Shown here: piece by piece, positions 63,566 to 64,000 of the stretch | Layout of the letters: every line of letters starts with the position of its first letter | How positions within the stretch are numbered: the first letter of the stretch is position 1 | Assembly: GCA_964606385.1 (NCBI GenBank) | Contig: CAZSFZ010000003.1 | Coordinates: forward strand, 111,615-175,614 | From: an uncultured bacterium | GTDB lineage: Bacteria; Omnitrophota; Omnitrophia; Omnitrophales; Aquincolibacteriaceae | Reading direction: 5' to 3' | DNA length: 64,000 nt | Notes under the pieces: generated by a model | What the model was told of the DNA's origin: nothing | The model's input: the letters and a program-made list of their open reading frames with translations, nothing else | Databases searched by the model: none | Made by a program: the position numbers and the translations under genes

Positions 63566-63991
63566 CTACAGCATGATTTTTTGCTTAGCGGGCATTCGGC
63601 AACAGCCGAGAATTTTTTTAGCTATTTTGTGGACGCCATACGCCATATAAAGGCTCGCGGGAGCGACCAGCGTAAAATAATGCGTGGCAAAATCAATATA
63701 CAAAACGGCCGTAACGCTTGAAAAAATAACCGCCCCCCATATAAGCACGATCGTATAAACCGAACATGAACGGTATTTCTTCAAGAATCGCCCCTCGGAA
63801 TACAACATCCAGAAACCCCCAAGCCAAAACAAGAGCTGTTTGAACCAACCCCAAAGGAAAAAATCCGTATCCCTTTCAAAAATCCTGGCCCGCATAAAAC
63901 GAACCTTCTGGGAGATCGACCCCAGAACAGCCGTACCGTATTCCTCATGAAAATAATCCTTTTCCGAAAATTCTTGCGCTTGGTGCTTCAT
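63566..63991 (-). CDS. membrane protein of unknown function, possibly 5'-truncated by the window edge
   Basis: 141 aa with hydrophobic segments. It is the first gene of the minus-strand operon. Only 9 nt are available upstream of the ATG at 63991. Confidence 0.4.
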   Translation of the reverse strand: MKHQAQEFSEKDYFHEEYGTAVLGSISQKVRFMRARIFERDTDFFLWGWFKQLLFWLGGFWMLYSEGRFLKKYRSCSVYTIVLIWGAVIFSSVTAVLYIDFATHYFTLVAPASLYMAYGVHKIAKKILGCCRMPAKQKIML

Positions 63992-64000
63992 TTGAGTTGC

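Overview
Everything below is read from the sequence and the ORF track without running any search. The window is a gene-dense, mostly minus-strand stretch of bacterial chromosome, probably from an uncultivated lineage with unusual giant genes. That lineage guess is inference only, and I cannot assign taxonomy from the sequence.

Positions 1-13.6 kb hold ordinary housekeeping genes. These are a partial aconitase, a hemerythrin, an NAD-dependent isocitrate dehydrogenase, suhB, mutY, pyrE, a trmJ-like gene, rsmB, pepA, rnhA, cysE and ychF. Four paralogous small secreted proteins are interleaved among them.

Positions 13.8-34.2 kb are one uninterrupted 20,451-nt reading frame coding 6,816 aa, with a signal peptide and internal transmembrane segments. 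It strings together many recognisable enzyme modules: a GHKL ATPase, GNAT-like and HD-GYP domains, an HExxH metallopeptidase-like motif, an FHA-like domain, two class-I SAM methyltransferases and a Nudix domain. A short amino-acid motif, R-S-E-[VIMAT]-R, recurs about 19 times between modules with varying codons, which gives it a polyprotein-like architecture. Its 5' end also carries two in-frame copies of a dispersed GGGGAAC heptamer inverted-repeat element, and the same element sits at several gene ends elsewhere.

Positions 34.5-41.5 kb hold a BNR-repeat protein, a four-helix-bundle gene bracketed by the heptamer repeats, rlmN, corA, a CheY-like receiver, a PilZ protein, tRNA-Ser(UGA), tadA and tRNA-Arg(ACG).

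Positions 41.7-63.5 kb are a co-directional operon that looks like an ABC-transporter-dependent (Wzm/Wzt) glycan pathway. It contains ten radical-SAM domains, nine with SPASM-type C-terminal Cys clusters. These include a GT2-radical-SAM fusion and a B12-radical-SAM plus SPASM-radical-SAM double fusion, and tandem duplicated paralogs. No peptide precursor is evident.

No CRISPR array, rRNA, transposase or integrase was seen. Plus-strand ORFs listed under the giant gene and under other minus-strand genes are shadow frames.
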